Of a stretch of DNA of 64,000 bases, positions 1 to 13,222 are shown piece by piece. Location: contig OX597822.1 in assembly GCA_951406725.2 (NCBI GenBank), positions 4,154,001-4,218,000 on the forward strand, read 5' to 3'. Each line of letters starts with the position of its first letter. Position 1 is the first letter of the stretch. This DNA comes from Octopus vulgaris. Taxonomy: Eukaryota. Under the pieces are notes generated by a model, which did not search any database, was not told the origin of the DNA, and saw only the letters and a list, made by a program, of their open reading frames with translations. The position numbers and the translations under genes were made by a program.

Positions 1-357
1 TCTGTGTATCTATTTATCTATATACGTGTGTATTATTATTATTATTGTTGTTGTTGTTGTTGTTGTTGTTATTAGTCATGACGAAGATCGCGATTCGATT
101 GTAATAGATATTTTATTGGTTGAACGATATTTCGGCAATAGACCTGTCTTTGTCGATAAAAATTCAAAATTATAGAAATTTAAATTTAAAGTATGAACGA
201 GAGAAACCAGCGTACACACGTTGATGGAAGGACATCATCAGTCTTTAAGTTTCAATTTTATAACAGGCGAAAACAAAAACACAGAAAAGAGAAAAGACAG
301 ATATAAAGACAGGAAGAAAGAGGAAAGAAAAAAAGGGAAGGACAAAAAGAAGAATAT

Positions 358-595
358 TTAATCAAATAGTTTTGTATCAATTTGATGATATTCTCCTGTC
401 ATTTTATTCATTCCTCCTGGGCGGGATGTTAATAACCCGCAAATATATTTCTCCTCATGCTTTTGAGAAGTGAAAGTGAAGCAGATTCATTCAGAATATT
501 TTCTGAGAATATACACTTTCAAGTCTTTTGCAAAATTGCAGCCGTTTGAAGCAAAATGTTCGACAAGTTCAATCGAACTACTGTTATTGTGCCAG
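358..595 (-). pseudogene. Penelope-like retroelement GIY-YIG endonuclease, C-terminal remnant
   Basis: Manual minus-strand translation: ELVEHFASNGCNFAKDLKVYILRKYSE*ICFTFTSQKHEEKYICGLLTSRPGGMNKMTGEY...LFD*. This fits the H-F...E-x2-(W/Y)I-x2-L-x-T-x2-P-x-G-(L/M)-N tail of PLE GIY-YIG domains, with one in-frame stop. Confidence 0.65.
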
Positions 596-599
596 ACGT

Positions 600-1694
600 C
601 ATTTGGGTACATGCCAGTTCTCTCTAACTGGGTTTCCGCTCTCGAACTCTCCAGGATTTCTCGCATCATCGCCACCGCCCCCTCTCCCACCATGTCACTC
701 CAGTTCTCATCTCCTGCTTGTCTCTTGGTGTAACTTCATGCCGTACGCAGCCACCCTGCGATCGGTTAAAGACCTAATAACATCCCGCACATTGAGAAGT
801 TCTCTCCTGCTGACGTTGGTACCCAGCTCCGGCATCTCGTCACCCCTACGAAACACCAACTCGCCTGTTCTGTCTCTCTGAAGCTTAAGCCCCAGTGCAG
901 CTCCTGCAGCCATTGGCTTCGATGGCTTCGCAATCAACCCAAATTTCTTCAAATGTCTCACAACCTCTGAGGCAGGCACTATAGTCTCGTCCACTAGGAT
1001 GTCATCTATGTAGGAACTGACGGCCATTTTTTGTCCTGTATACTTTTCCCATGATGGATTTAAGCACTGTCGCCATGATCTTCGGCGCAGAATTCGGCCC
1101 CAAACCCAGCCTTGTCAGACAATATGTCTGGCCCTTGTATCGCACCAGTTGGTACTGCCACAGTTTGTCGCTCCCATGGAGCTGCAAATATGCGATCGTT
1201 GCCACCTTAGGTCCACTGCCATACACGCAGCGTCTCATCGCCGTTCATCTCCCGAAAGTCCAGTACCGGTCAAACTTTGCCATTTTTGGCTGCACCACTA
1301 CCATTAGAGGTAGCGTTCCACTCATCACTTTCTTTTTCCACGGGATAAGGACACCTTCCTTAATCTACTTCTCTACCTCTTGTTCAAACTTTCCCCAGGC
1401 GTGCCCTTTCGGGGTACGCTGGTAGCAGCTCACCTTGTTCTTCTGCGTCGGGGATCCCTCTTTTCAGCGCCACTCTATCGTCCATCGCTGATCATTGAGC
1501 GCCGCCTGAAAATTCTGGTCTTCAATGGCGTGGGCAGTGCAGCTCCTCGCGGGGCTCTGCTCCCGCTCACATTCCTGACTCACGGTGCACGACGCCTCCA
1601 TAGCACCAAACGAAAGTAAGTCTCCTACGACACTGACACTTTGAAGGCAGTCGATTGCGCCAATCCCCATTACCACGTTGATCTCGTCTACCAC
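600..1694 (-). mobile_element. Degenerate Gypsy-like LTR retrotransposon pol fragment (protease-like region and reverse transcriptase)
   Basis: The ORFs at 1002-1238 and 707-1027 give AYLQL..LWQYQLVRYKGQTYCLTRLGLGPNSAPKIM and SSYIDDILV (RT YxDD box). A frameshifted continuation reads PIAGWLRTA. GC content is raised. No LTRs are seen. Confidence 0.8.
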
Positions 1695-2867
1695 GCATCA
1701 TATATAATAAACACATCCAATTTTCTTCAACAACCAGCGTAACTTGAGTCTTATAAAATGAAAGGCTTATATTACTCAGAACGTATGAAATAAGGGTTAA
1801 ACTAAATGTTTGAAAACAATTATAGATTTATTTGTTTATTGTACAATAGGGTCAACATGTATTTATCCATTGCACAGATAGTGTCAGTTCGTCACATTAA
1901 TCAGGGCTACTTCTATAAACAACTCTTTCGGTGGATATAACTTGGAGAGGTGCACCTCCAAGTTCACTTGTTCTAGATGACCTACATTAAGGCGATTTCT
2001 TCATGCGTCATAGAAATGTAGGAAAATTCAACAGCAGACATGTAGTGACACCATCACTGAATGGATTAAAAGATATAACTATCATCATTCAATTAAACGT
2101 ACATTTCTTTGGTATTGAAACTCAGTTCAGTTTTCTGAATAACTACATTTGAAGACCGAAGTTACTTTGAAAGGTTAATCAGATTTTGGAAAGGAAAAAA
2201 AAATAATCATTAGATGTCTCATCAGGTACGTTTTAATGGATGCAAAGCTTTTGAAACGTTTGAAGTCATTCTAATCGATAAGTAACAATTTGAGATATTT
2301 TTAATGCGGAAAGCTACTTATACTGCGACGAGACTCTCACAAAAGCAAAAGTGGTTTGAATTCTCAAATTGATGATGTGTTGGCGATGTGTCGTTAATGT
2401 GGCCAAAACACTCTCTTCTCAAAGTTCCGGCCAACTTAACTATAAATAGTAACAATATCGTTATTCAATTTTCCAATATAAACAGTGAGAATAATGTTAG
2501 AGAAGCCGTCTGTTCGTGAGCAACCATTGCTGAAATGAACTTCTAATCGTTACACAGCTTGCTCTAAAATATAGTCTTCCATGTTGATTTTCATGAAATA
2601 TATATTCGTGCACATTCATACACACATATACGCATACATCCACACACTAACAGATATATACATTCATATGGATGTGTGTAGGTAGGTATATAGGTAGGTT
2701 GGTAGGTAGATAGATATGTATGTATCGAGAAACGGTCGGTCAAGAGGGTCCCTTGTCATTTCCCTTCACATCGAAAGCATGGAAGAAGTGCATTTACATT
2801 CTTAATTCATCATCGCAGGTAAGGCTATTTAAATTAATTTCCATATATATACATACACACATATATT

Positions 2868-2899
<32 letters not shown>

Positions 2900-2995
2900 C
2901 ATACATATACACACACATATATATGTATATATATATATGCATACACACACACTCACTCACACACACACACACACACACACACATGTATATAAGTA

Positions 2996-3273
2996 GCACT
3001 CCGTCGGTTGTGATGACGAGGGTCCCAACTGATACGATCAACGGAAGAGCTTGCTCGTGAAATTAACATGCAAGTGACTGAGCAATCCACAAACACGTGT
3101 ACCCCTAACGTAGTTCTCAGGGAGACTCAGCGTGAAGCACAGCGTGACAAGGCCGGCCCTTTGAAATACAGGTACTACTCATTTTTGCCAGGTGAGTAGA
3201 CTAGAGCAACGTGAAATAAAGTGTCTTGCTCAAGGACACAACGCATCGCCGGGAATCGAACTCACGACCTTAC
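2996..3273 (-). mobile_element. SINE family C, partial copy
   Basis: Shares the tail (cgacggagtgc, cacgagcaagc, gtatttcaaagggcc) with 29158-29536 and 58733-59113. B-box-like gagttcgattccc. Confidence 0.8.
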
Positions 3274-3274
3274 G

Positions 3275-3460
3275 AAGAGAGAACACAACAACACGAGGAC
3301 GTGCAACAAGTAGAGTATTATTGGACGCTCAGGAAAGAAGTAAAGAAGGAGGGCTTAACGTTTCGAGCGGAGCTCTTCGTCAAAAACATAGGAAAAGGAA
3401 AGATCCAAAGAAGGGAAAACGGAGGAAAAAATCGCCAACGGTACACACGCGGTCACATTT
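3275..3460 (-). mobile_element. Short HHR-bearing pLTR-like element (family D) with degenerate core
   Basis: Homologous to 19125-19300. The minus strand at 3353-3387 reads TTGACGA-A-GAGCTCCGCTC-GAAACGTT (C3 to U change). It abuts (TA)n. Confidence 0.7.
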
Positions 3461-3463
3461 TGA

Positions 3464-3503
<40 letters not shown>

Positions 3504-3799
3504 GCATATACTTATTTGCATATATATATACCTATAAATATATGCATATACATATTTGCATATATATATATATATATATATATACCTATAAATATACAGA
3601 TATATATAGAGAGAGGGATAGATGCAGACAGAAGTACATACATTTATGCATGCACACACCCACACACAGATATATAAAAATATACATATATATATATACT
3701 TATATGTATTTGCATATGTTGCTTTGGAGTGCTTAGTGACACAACCATGCCCAAGTATGTCATACATTTCTCTAATATATTGTCATAAAGAAATATATA

Positions 3800-4149
3800 T
3801 AGCCCGAGCAAAACGCCCCCCGTTCAATGGACGATGCTGAGTTGTCAAACATTTAAACTAAATTTTCTCAAAACAACTTGTCCGACCGTCCCATAGACCT
3901 CTCCTTTGAGAAACACAGATTTAACCTAAATTTGAGACACCGTGCCTTTTTCTCGCGTACTCGTAGTATGGTCGCAACAGCTGATGTACTTGCGCGTACA
4001 AATGCACATTCCCACGGCTTTATCGATCGCATTCTCACCTGGAATCAATTTTTGTAATTTTTTCAAGATTTATACACGCCCTGATACCATCGGTATCTAC
4101 ATATCAAATTTGGGCGCAATCGGATAGAGGATGCCCGAGATCCTAGAAG

Positions 4150-4203
<54 letters not shown>

Positions 4204-4221
4204 CGGATTTTATATAATAGA
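3800..4221 (-). mobile_element. Non-autonomous Helitron-like element
   Basis: The minus-strand 5' end A|TCTATTATATAAAATCCGTTCTGTGTG resembles the other Helitron 5' ends here. The 3' end is GC-rich but reads CTAT, not CTAG. Confidence 0.55.
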
Positions 4222-5024
4222 TTATCACGAATACTTGTATGGAGTCAAAAGAACTATTGGATTTCTAAGTTTAGATGAACGGCATTTGGAGCATTTTACG
4301 AAGTTTATTAGAAGCTGGTGTTTAAAGGCGTCTGGCCTATTGGTTAGAATATTGAATTCATGGTTGCTAGGTCTTAGGTTCGATTCTCGGACCGATGATA
4401 CAAGCCACTACGTTTCACAATGTTTCATTACACTCAGAGAAAAGTGATACCAGTTATCCCTGAAATCGATTGTTGTCCCCTTTAAAATGGCGTCCTGTAC
4501 CCTTAAAATAAAACTCTTTGAAAATCCGAAGAAATTCCTTTGCTTCGAGTCTGTAGACTTACGAGAAGTCTACAGACTCGAAACACAGGAAAAAAGTAGT
4601 ACTTTTTGTTGTTTTTTATTATCAAGTCAACCTGATTCAGGGGACTTAAGATCAAGAGCATTCCAACCATGACATTCCATCATTTCTCAGGTATTATGAA
4701 ACCTAGATAACAAATATTCCTTTTAATGTTGGAATTGTTTTATTAAAGTATAACACGACTGCTAATTCTAATGGATTGTGGTGTAGGAGTTTCGTCAATT
4801 TTCTACGGAATAGAGAGTTTTCTGTATGGTTAACTTGCCAGATAAAATTCTAGTCTATGGTAGTTATTTTCCATATTCCTCAACTAATTGAGTGTAATTA
4901 AGGCAACAGAATTAATTGCTTTGTGTAGACTCGCATTGGAAGTCATGCTTTCAAATCAATCCCATTATACTCGACTATTTTTCTTACTTGAATATATCAT
5001 CACTAACTGCTGTTTTATCCGATG

Positions 5025-5076
5025 TAGCAGTAGCAGTAGCAGCAGCAGCAACAGCAGCAGTAGTAGCAGCAGCAGC

Positions 5077-5144
<68 letters not shown>

Positions 5145-5145
5145 A
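5025..5145. repeat. (AGC)/(AGT)n microsatellite
   Basis: Directly visible. Confidence 0.95.
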
Positions 5146-5156
5146 AGAAGTACGCC

Positions 5157-5345
5157 ATGATAGATCGTTAGCCACTACACACATTTTTCTCTCTCCTTGT
5201 TTTTTCTGTGTCCCTTTCTGTAGAAGAGCGTAGGCTCGAAACGTAAAAGACTTTTTCTATTCCTGAGCGTTATACTAATACATCTGTTTGTTTTGTACAC
5301 CCTGTCTTCGTCTTTTGTTTCTTTTTTTTTCGTAAAAACTCCCCT
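5157..5345 (+). mobile_element. Short HHR-like pLTR element (family E)
   Basis: 5214-5249 reads cttt-CTGTAGA-A-GAGC-GTAG-GCTC-GAA-ACGT-A-aaag. Homologous to 61620-61805. Flanked by (TAG)n repeats on both sides. Confidence 0.65.
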
Positions 5346-5740
5346 AATAGTAGTAGTTGTAACTTTGAATTATGTTTTTGTTTCTTGACAAGAAACCTAG
5401 GGGCGTGTGGTATTGCCCGAAGTTCACACTTTTGTCGAGAGAATTTCTGAAAAACCGTAAAAGAGCTTAAGTGTTTTTAAAAGTCAGTTTGTATATGTGT
5501 CACATACGTGCAATGTATGTGCCACATATTTACACATATTTTTAAAATATGGGTGTAATGAATCAATATCGGTAGGATGCAAGTTAAAGCCACCCCAGTA
5601 GGGTTTCTACGCACAACATAAAAAAGATTATATTAAACATTGTGTGATATGTAATGCAGCCCTCTACCAGGTTCACAAATACACTGTTTACGTTTATCAT
5701 GAAAATAATGCTAACAGAACAATCATTGTGATATTGTGAC

Positions 5741-6231
5741 CTCCTTCGGTCATGAATGACCATGGAATTGCACCTAGAAAGTTACCCTCCGAGGTACAAA
5801 TCTGGGCAAGGTTGTTTATGGAAGACCAGCAGTCCCCACGCATACCAGCCACCCCTCTCCACGCCACTGATGTTATCTAAGGGAAAGGGAAAGGCTGATG
5901 CAGCTTGGCACCAGTGACGTCGCAGCGTGCAAGTGACAGAGCACTCCACAGACACGTGTACCCTTAACGTAGTTCTCGGGGAGATTCAGCGTGACACAGA
6001 GTGTGACAAGGCTGGCCCTTTGAAATACAGGTACAACAGAAACAGGAAGAAAGAGTGAGAGAAAGTTGTGGTGAAAGAGTACAGCAGGGTTCACCACCAC
6101 CCCCTGCCGGAGCCTCGTGGAGCTTTAGGTGTTTTCGCTCAATAAACACTCACAATGCTTGGTCTGGGAATCGAAACCACGATCCTACGACTGCGAGTCC
6201 GCTGCCCTAACCACTGGGCCATTGCGCCTCC
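5741..6231 (-). mobile_element. SINE family C, composite copy with an extra 3' module
   Basis: The minus-strand head tggaggcgcaatggcccagtggttagggcagcgg carries A box TGGCCCAGTGG and B box GTTTCGATTCCC. The 5741-5925 module is shared with 20515-20700. Confidence 0.85.
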
Positions 6232-6750
6232 ACAGAAAAATCTTATTAATTACTATTCCTCATCGTACCACAATGACGTCGTGGAGGTATAATCTATTAT
6301 ATGTATTGATATCGATCAAATTACATGAAAGGTATTTATGGAGTGTTCGGGCTAAATTTGACAATGATTATATAACTTTTTTTTCAGGAAAAGCTTGATG
6401 CATCGGTAAACGGTCAACGGCGTTGGACAGCATGAAGATTAAAGATGAAATTGAAAGAAAGTTAGCTGATACAGAGGATTGGAGGCTATCGGAGTATTGG
6501 AAAAGTGTTACCTGTATCATGATAATTTGCACCGAGTAACAAAATGCCGACACCTTGACTGCAGTGCGATGCTCTGTGAACACTAGCGTGACCAGCAGGG
6601 TTGGTGGACTTTGGGTGCGTGTCTAGAGGGAATAACGTCATGTTGCACCACATCTTTGAACCGGGCATTAGACTCAAGAAAAAATCCTTGAGCACTCGAT
6701 GATAAACAAGAAACTGAAAGAAAAATGTCGAAGACAGAGGGAGAGAGAGG

Positions 6751-6788
<38 letters not shown>

Positions 6789-7784
6789 AATACTCGCTGA
6801 TCTTATCAGCTGGTTTCAGAAAGACCTAATTGATGACGTGCTAAGAGTGAGCGAGGTACAAGAACGTGGAGATTCATAATCACCAACGTCTGTAGGTATG
6901 ACATATGAAAAAGAGATCGCATCCTAGATTAATTATAATAGGATACTTATGCCGTAGCCTAAGTCGTTCTAAAAGCACAATATTTTTTTTTCGAATCCCA
7001 GGAGTCATAAAGCCGGTTACTCGGTTTCTATGCCACATAAGTGACCGAGATTAAAACATATTTTCTCTGAACGAGACGCTGATTCCCTGCAGGGTTCAAG
7101 AACAACTATCCGGAGAAGCAAATCGATTGCATCGACCCGCGTAAATGGCTGGTATTTCATTTTTTTATCGACCTTGAAGGGATGAAAGCAAAGTTGAACT
7201 CGGCGTGATTTGAACTCAAGACGTAAAGAAACGGAAGAAATGCTGCTAAGCATTTTGTCCGACGTGCTAACGATTCTACTAGAATTCACCACTAGATCAA
7301 TTACTACTTCTAACAGCGAACCCAAAGAGATGAATAGCAAAATCAAACTAACACAAGATCTGAACCGATATTCTAAAAGGGCGCAATTATATTTTAGAAA
7401 TCGTTTAGTGCGGTGTTCTTCACTTCTCACAATGCACAGCGCCTTTCTACCAGTCATAATGACATTGCAAAGAATGATTCTGATAGCATCAGCAAAAAAT
7501 AGAAAATTATCTATTCTAAATTTAAGAGAAATAATAAAACAAATAAACAAATATAACCAATCTATTTTTCTATATATTTCATTTTTACTTTGCAGTGATT
7601 TTATTTTCAATTTATATATATTTTTTATTCTTTGTTTTTCTTCGCTTGGAAGTTTTACATAGATGTTCAACACGAAGAAAAATGTTGGAGAAAAAATAAA
7701 ATGAGTAACTCATAAGAAATGCCACAAATATTAATATTCTTTCGCTATGATTTGTTTCAGAATTACACAAAAAGTGCAAATATT

Positions 7785-7815
7785 AATAATAATGATGATG
7801 ATGATGATGATGATG

Positions 7816-7874
<59 letters not shown>

Positions 7875-7973
7875 CTTCATCATCGTAGTCGTCGTCTTCA
7901 ACATCATCATCATCGTAATAATAATGATAATAATAATAGTAATTATTATTATTATTATTGTTGTTGTTGTTGC

Positions 7974-8012
<39 letters not shown>

Positions 8013-8032
8013 CATTATTATTATCATCATCA

Positions 8033-8072
<40 letters not shown>

Positions 8073-8077
8073 CATCA

Positions 8078-8160
<83 letters not shown>

Positions 8161-8179
8161 TTTATCATTATTATTATTA

Positions 8180-8222
<43 letters not shown>

Positions 8223-8288
8223 CATCATCATCATCATCATTATTATTATTATTGTTGTTGTTGTTGTTATTATTATTATTATTATTAT
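7785..8288. repeat. Compound trinucleotide microsatellite: (AAT/GAT)n followed by (ATT/CAT/GTT)n
   Basis: Directly visible. It is the source of the poly-I/N/Y/L ORFs. Confidence 0.97.
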
Positions 8289-8974
8289 AAGAGTAATAAT
8301 AAACGTGGTGGAAGAGAAAAGAATGGTGAAGCATAACATTCTCAGACATGCCAAAGATAGAACTGAAATAGTTGAATCAAAAACGGTAATCTTTGAAATA
8401 AATCACTGTAGCTTTTGTTTTTGCCATGACAGATCACATTTCAACTGGTAACTGTGGGATTCTATAAAAAGATGGCTGACTTTTCATCAACTTTCTACCT
8501 TCCCGTAAAGGAGAGTCCTACCACCACTACCACCAGCACCACCACCATCAACACTAACCTCATCACCATCACCATCATCAACTCCGAAACTATTTCACAG
8601 AAGCAACAAAAACGACTACTAATGTTAATACTACTACTACTACTATACCGAGGTTGTTTCAGCGGGAGATTACTGGCTTGCGGTTCATGAGGGAAAGTGA
8701 GAGAGAGGGAGAGAGCGAAGGTGAGAAAGAGAGAGACAGAGAGAGTGAAAATGATATATCACCGTATAATGTGTGGGTTTTCTAGTGAAATGTCTTGTAT
8801 TTTAGTTGTTTCTTTTTATTTTTTTTAGATTTGTTCTTTTTTTTAATGTTTAACTCTTTTCGCATCACAATGTTTCTTTTTGTTTTTTTCTACCATCATC
8901 GGATTTTTATTTATTTACATATTTTTATCGTTGTTTATATTTCCTTACGTTTCTAACCTTTTTTTTTATTATTA

Positions 8975-9029
<55 letters not shown>

Positions 9030-9647
9030 GTGTGTGTGCTTGTGTGTGTGTGTGTGTGTATTTTACCTTTCAACTAAGTTCACTTCCCGCGTGTTTCTAC
9101 GCCCTCACCGTTCTGCATCGTTGTTGTTACTGTTATTGTTGTTGTTACTGTTGTTGTTGTTATCGTTGTTGTTGTTGTTGTTATCGATGTTGCAGTATAA
9201 TAGTAATGATCGTTCCTTGTTTCTATTTTCTTTTTTTTCTTTTTACTTTTATTCTTTTTCGGGATTTTTTTTTCCCCTAAATTTTCGCTCTGCTTTTCTC
9301 TTCTTGTTACGTTTGTTAATAGACGTACGAATGCGTGTTTGTGTGTTCGTATCTGCTCGTGTATGTAAGCGAGTGCATACATGTATGCCTACCTATGTAT
9401 TTTCGTATGTATGTCTCCTGTTTGATCATATGTGTCTTTTTTCTGTTTGTATGTGAGCGCATCTGTGTAACTGTACGTATGTTTGTGTTTTAAGCCTGTT
9501 TCTATATTCATACAATGGTATGTACGTTCCTGCTCGTGCATGTACGTGTCGGTGTAATGGTATGTAGATATGTTCGTATAATAAGCTGTGCGTATACGTA
9601 GGGGTACAAAACAGTATATACATTTCTGTGCGCTTATATACATATAA

Positions 9648-9742
9648 TGTATGTATGTATGTATGTATGTATGTATGTATGTATGTATGCATGCATGTAT
9701 GTTTGAATGTATGTTTGTACATAGATAGATAGACAAACAGAC

Positions 9743-9812
<70 letters not shown>

Positions 9813-9848
9813 GCAGGCAGGCAGGCAGGCAGGTAGACAAACAGACAT

Positions 9849-9941
<93 letters not shown>
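9648..9941. repeat. (ATGT)n, (AGAT)n and (AGAC)n tetranucleotide microsatellites
   Basis: Directly visible. Confidence 0.95.
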
Positions 9942-9943
<2 letters not shown>

Positions 9944-10349
9944 TTGATCAACATACACATGCATACATTCAGTATTATGGAGCATTGTACACTATTGGGC
10001 ACCTGAGTGTATGCATGCATACGTATGCGTGGTTTTCTTTTTTACGTTTATAACGAAGTTTGAATATCTTTGTGTTCCTATATACGTCTGCATATACAAT
10101 AATGGGTATTTTCGAGGTTGTCATTTTGTGTTTGTATGGATATATGTGTGTACGCATACATACATACACACACACACACGCACATATATGGAGGGTTTAC
10201 ATATATATGTACGTATATTTTTTTAAATGTGTATGTTACCTGCATGCTTGTATGTGTGTGTGTGTGTGTGCGCGTATCTTAGATTGCATATGATTGCATT
10301 TCTTTTTATATAAGCGTATATTTTTGACATTTTCTTCACTTATATATAT

Positions 10350-10388
<39 letters not shown>

Positions 10389-10405
10389 TAGATAGATAGA
10401 TAGAT

Positions 10406-10452
<47 letters not shown>

Positions 10453-11069
10453 CAAACACATATATACATATATATATATATATATATTTATATATGAACC
10501 CTTCTATGTATTTATGTATGTATGTATGTATTTATGTAAGTATATACGTATGTACGTATCTATGTATGAACGTATGTGTGCATACATGCGTGCATATATG
10601 TGAGTGTATGTATGCGTGCATTGGTGTGTTTATTCGTGTGTATTTCTTGGCGATTTATTTCCGTTCATGTTCACAAAACTCAAGCCGATCACTGACAAAA
10701 TGACGAAGTTTCTTTGTTTGAGTCATGACACTCTGGAGACTTGTGAATACCTTTGTGAATATATATTTACGAGTGCGAGTTGATGCGAGCAAATATGTCG
10801 ACATATGTGTAAAAGCTCTGAAATTCATGTAATGAGAATACGTGCGTCTCTTTAGTACGCGTGCGTCACATATGCGCATCTGTGATTCGGTGTAACGTTC
10901 ATTCCACCAATCTCGAATAAAGAAACTTTAGAATGTTTTACAAATATACACTGTGCTCTTAATTGATTGGTGTTGTAGGAGGCGACATAGTTTGCTTAGT
11001 TCATTCTCAGAAAACAAAAAAAAACTCTGCATTCCTAAGTTGTAAGCAAATCTGTTGCTACATTTGAAG

Positions 11070-11485
11070 ACGGCGAGCTGGCAGAAACGTTAGCAAGCCG
11101 GGAGAAATGCCTGGCGGTATTTCGTCTGCCGTAACGTTCTGAGTTCAAATTCCGCCTAGGTCGACTTTGCTTTTCATCCTTTCGGGGTCAATTAAATAAG
11201 TACCAGTGACGCACTGGGGTCGATGTAATCGACTTAATCCGTTTGTCTGTCCTTGTTTGTCCCCTCTGCGTTTAGCCCCTTGTCGGTAGTAAAGAAATAG
11301 GTATTTCGTCTGCCGTTACGTTCTGAGTTCAAATTCCGCCGAGGTCGACTTTGCCTTTCATCCTTTCGGGGTCGATAAATTAAGTACCAGTTACGCACTG
11401 GGGTCGATATAATCGACTTAATCCGTTTGTCTGTCCTTGTTTGTCCTCTCTATGTTTAGCCCTCTGTGGGCAATAAAGAAATAAA
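11070..11485 (+). mobile_element. SINE family B with two internal units of about 184 bp
   Basis: Head ggcgagctggcagaaacgttagc and B box GAGTTCAAATTCC. The string ggtatttcgtctgccg occurs at 11116 and 11300. Confidence 0.85.
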
Positions 11486-12808
11486 ATAAAAACACCAATA
11501 CTGGTTGTCAAGCAGTGGGGAGGAGGTACAAACGTAGACAGAAAGAAACGCACGCACGCGCGCACACACACACATACACACACAAACACACACATGCACA
11601 CGTATATATATATATTCTTTTATATATTTCAGTGTCCGTCTTCCAAATCCACTCTCACAAGGTTTTGGTCAGCCCGAAGCTATAGGGGAAGACACTTGCC
11701 CACGGTTTCACGCAATGGGACTGAACCCAGAACCATGTGATTGAGAAGCAAACTTCTTGCCACACAGACATGTACAAATAGTAATTTATTGCCAGAACAA
11801 AAGATCTGTAAGCTCTTTTAATTTCTCCTTTAGTATTTGAACCTCAACCGCGACTATTAACCATCACATGCCACGTTTTTCTTTAATTTCGAGAGGTTTG
11901 TAGCATTTAACACTAGTTAGTGAGGATATAACTATGCAGTTTTTCGTTCGGGTTAATTAAATGGATTGGTTCTCTGCTTTTTATAGACACAGTTACCTAC
12001 GATCGATTATCTCTTCATCCAAAAAAGTTCCATTTATCTTTTCCAGTTCAGATGCTTTCCACAAATGTCCCACAGTACATTTATGCACTGCATTTGGTCT
12101 GTAGACATGTGAGAAAGTGATTGAAAGACGAATAAATACCTAGGTATATATGTTGTATGAAAATAGTAAAAGTCAGCGTTAGCAGATGCAAAGAAGTGAA
12201 CATAGAAAAATTGAATTGTAAATGAAATGTAAAACATGTTGCCCTGATAATTAATTTTGGTATGAAAAGTCACAGGAGAGAAATACGTCTAGATATCTTT
12301 TAATGGTGGTTGGTGAGGGAAATTAGTTAAGTTACCTTAAGCTTCTGGAAGACAATTGTATAATTTCGGGCATTTAAATGCTAAACTGTTGCTATGTAGG
12401 TTCCTGATTGAAGAGTTTTAGCAGGGTAGTTTACATTTGTCTTTTAAATTAATTCAAGTTCTTTGCAGAATTGAAGCCGTCCACAAATAAATTCACAAGG
12501 CTTCTTTGAATCAGGATAATTCTATGGATTAGTGAATAGTTTAGTAAATGTATGATTGCATGTCGGGGAATATATGGATATACTTGCAATCACGTACTGG
12601 TGTGATATATATGTCTTTAGTACATGAATGTGTGACTGCTTTTTAGATTGAGTGAAAGAGAAAGGGGTGGGCTTTATGCCGTATGTATATGCGAGTGTGT
12701 ACTGGTGTTCATTGCACGAAACTCAAAAGGAGAATAACAAATAATGGAGAAGAAGAGCTTCTAACAGTGTGGAAAGGGAAAGTTTGGCAATTAAAATGGC
12801 AGTATATA

Positions 12809-13222
12809 GGCGCAGGAGTGGCTGTGTGGTAAGTAGCTTGCTAACCAACCACATGGTTCCGGGTTCAGTCCCACTGCGTGGCATCTTGGGCAAGTGTCTT
12901 CTGCTATAGCCCCGGGCCGACCAATGCCTTGTGAGTGGATTTGGTAAACGGAAACTGAAAGAAGCCTGTCGTATATATGTATATATATATATATGTGTGT
13001 ATGTGTTTATGTGTCTGTGTTTGTCCCCCTAGCATTGCTTGACAACCGATGCCGGTGTGTTTACGTCCCCGTCACTTAGCGGTTCGGCAAAAGAGACCGA
13101 TAGAATAAGTACTGGGCTTACAAAGAATAAGTCCCGGGGTCGATTTGCTCGACTAAAGGCGGTGCTCCAGCATTGCCGCAGTCAAATGAATGAAACAAAT
13201 AAAAGGGTAAAGAGTAAAGAGT
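12809..13222 (+). mobile_element. SINE family A (tRNA-derived, internal (TA)/(TG) microsatellite), full length
   Basis: A box GTGGCTGTGTGG, B box GGTTCAGTCCC, CORE-like cttgggcaagt and an (AAGAGT)n tail. More than 10 copies occur in the window, including partial ones at 11490-11768, 47338-47575 and 48207-48351. Confidence 0.9.

Noticed and set aside
487-489. In-frame TGA in the Penelope GIY-YIG remnant as a possible selenocysteine codon
   Set aside because: It is not at an evident conserved Cys position, no SECIS was recognised, and the fragment is decayed. An ordinary nonsense mutation is simpler.
7017-7673. 218-aa and 150-aa overlapping ORFs
   Set aside because: They run through a family B SINE fragment and AT-rich low-complexity sequence, with no recognisable domain.
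7719-8451. Long ORFs of poly-I/Y/N/L, and similar ones at 34006-34431, 35156-36267 and 38211-38793
   Set aside because: These are translations of microsatellites that lack stop codons. There is no sign of real coding.
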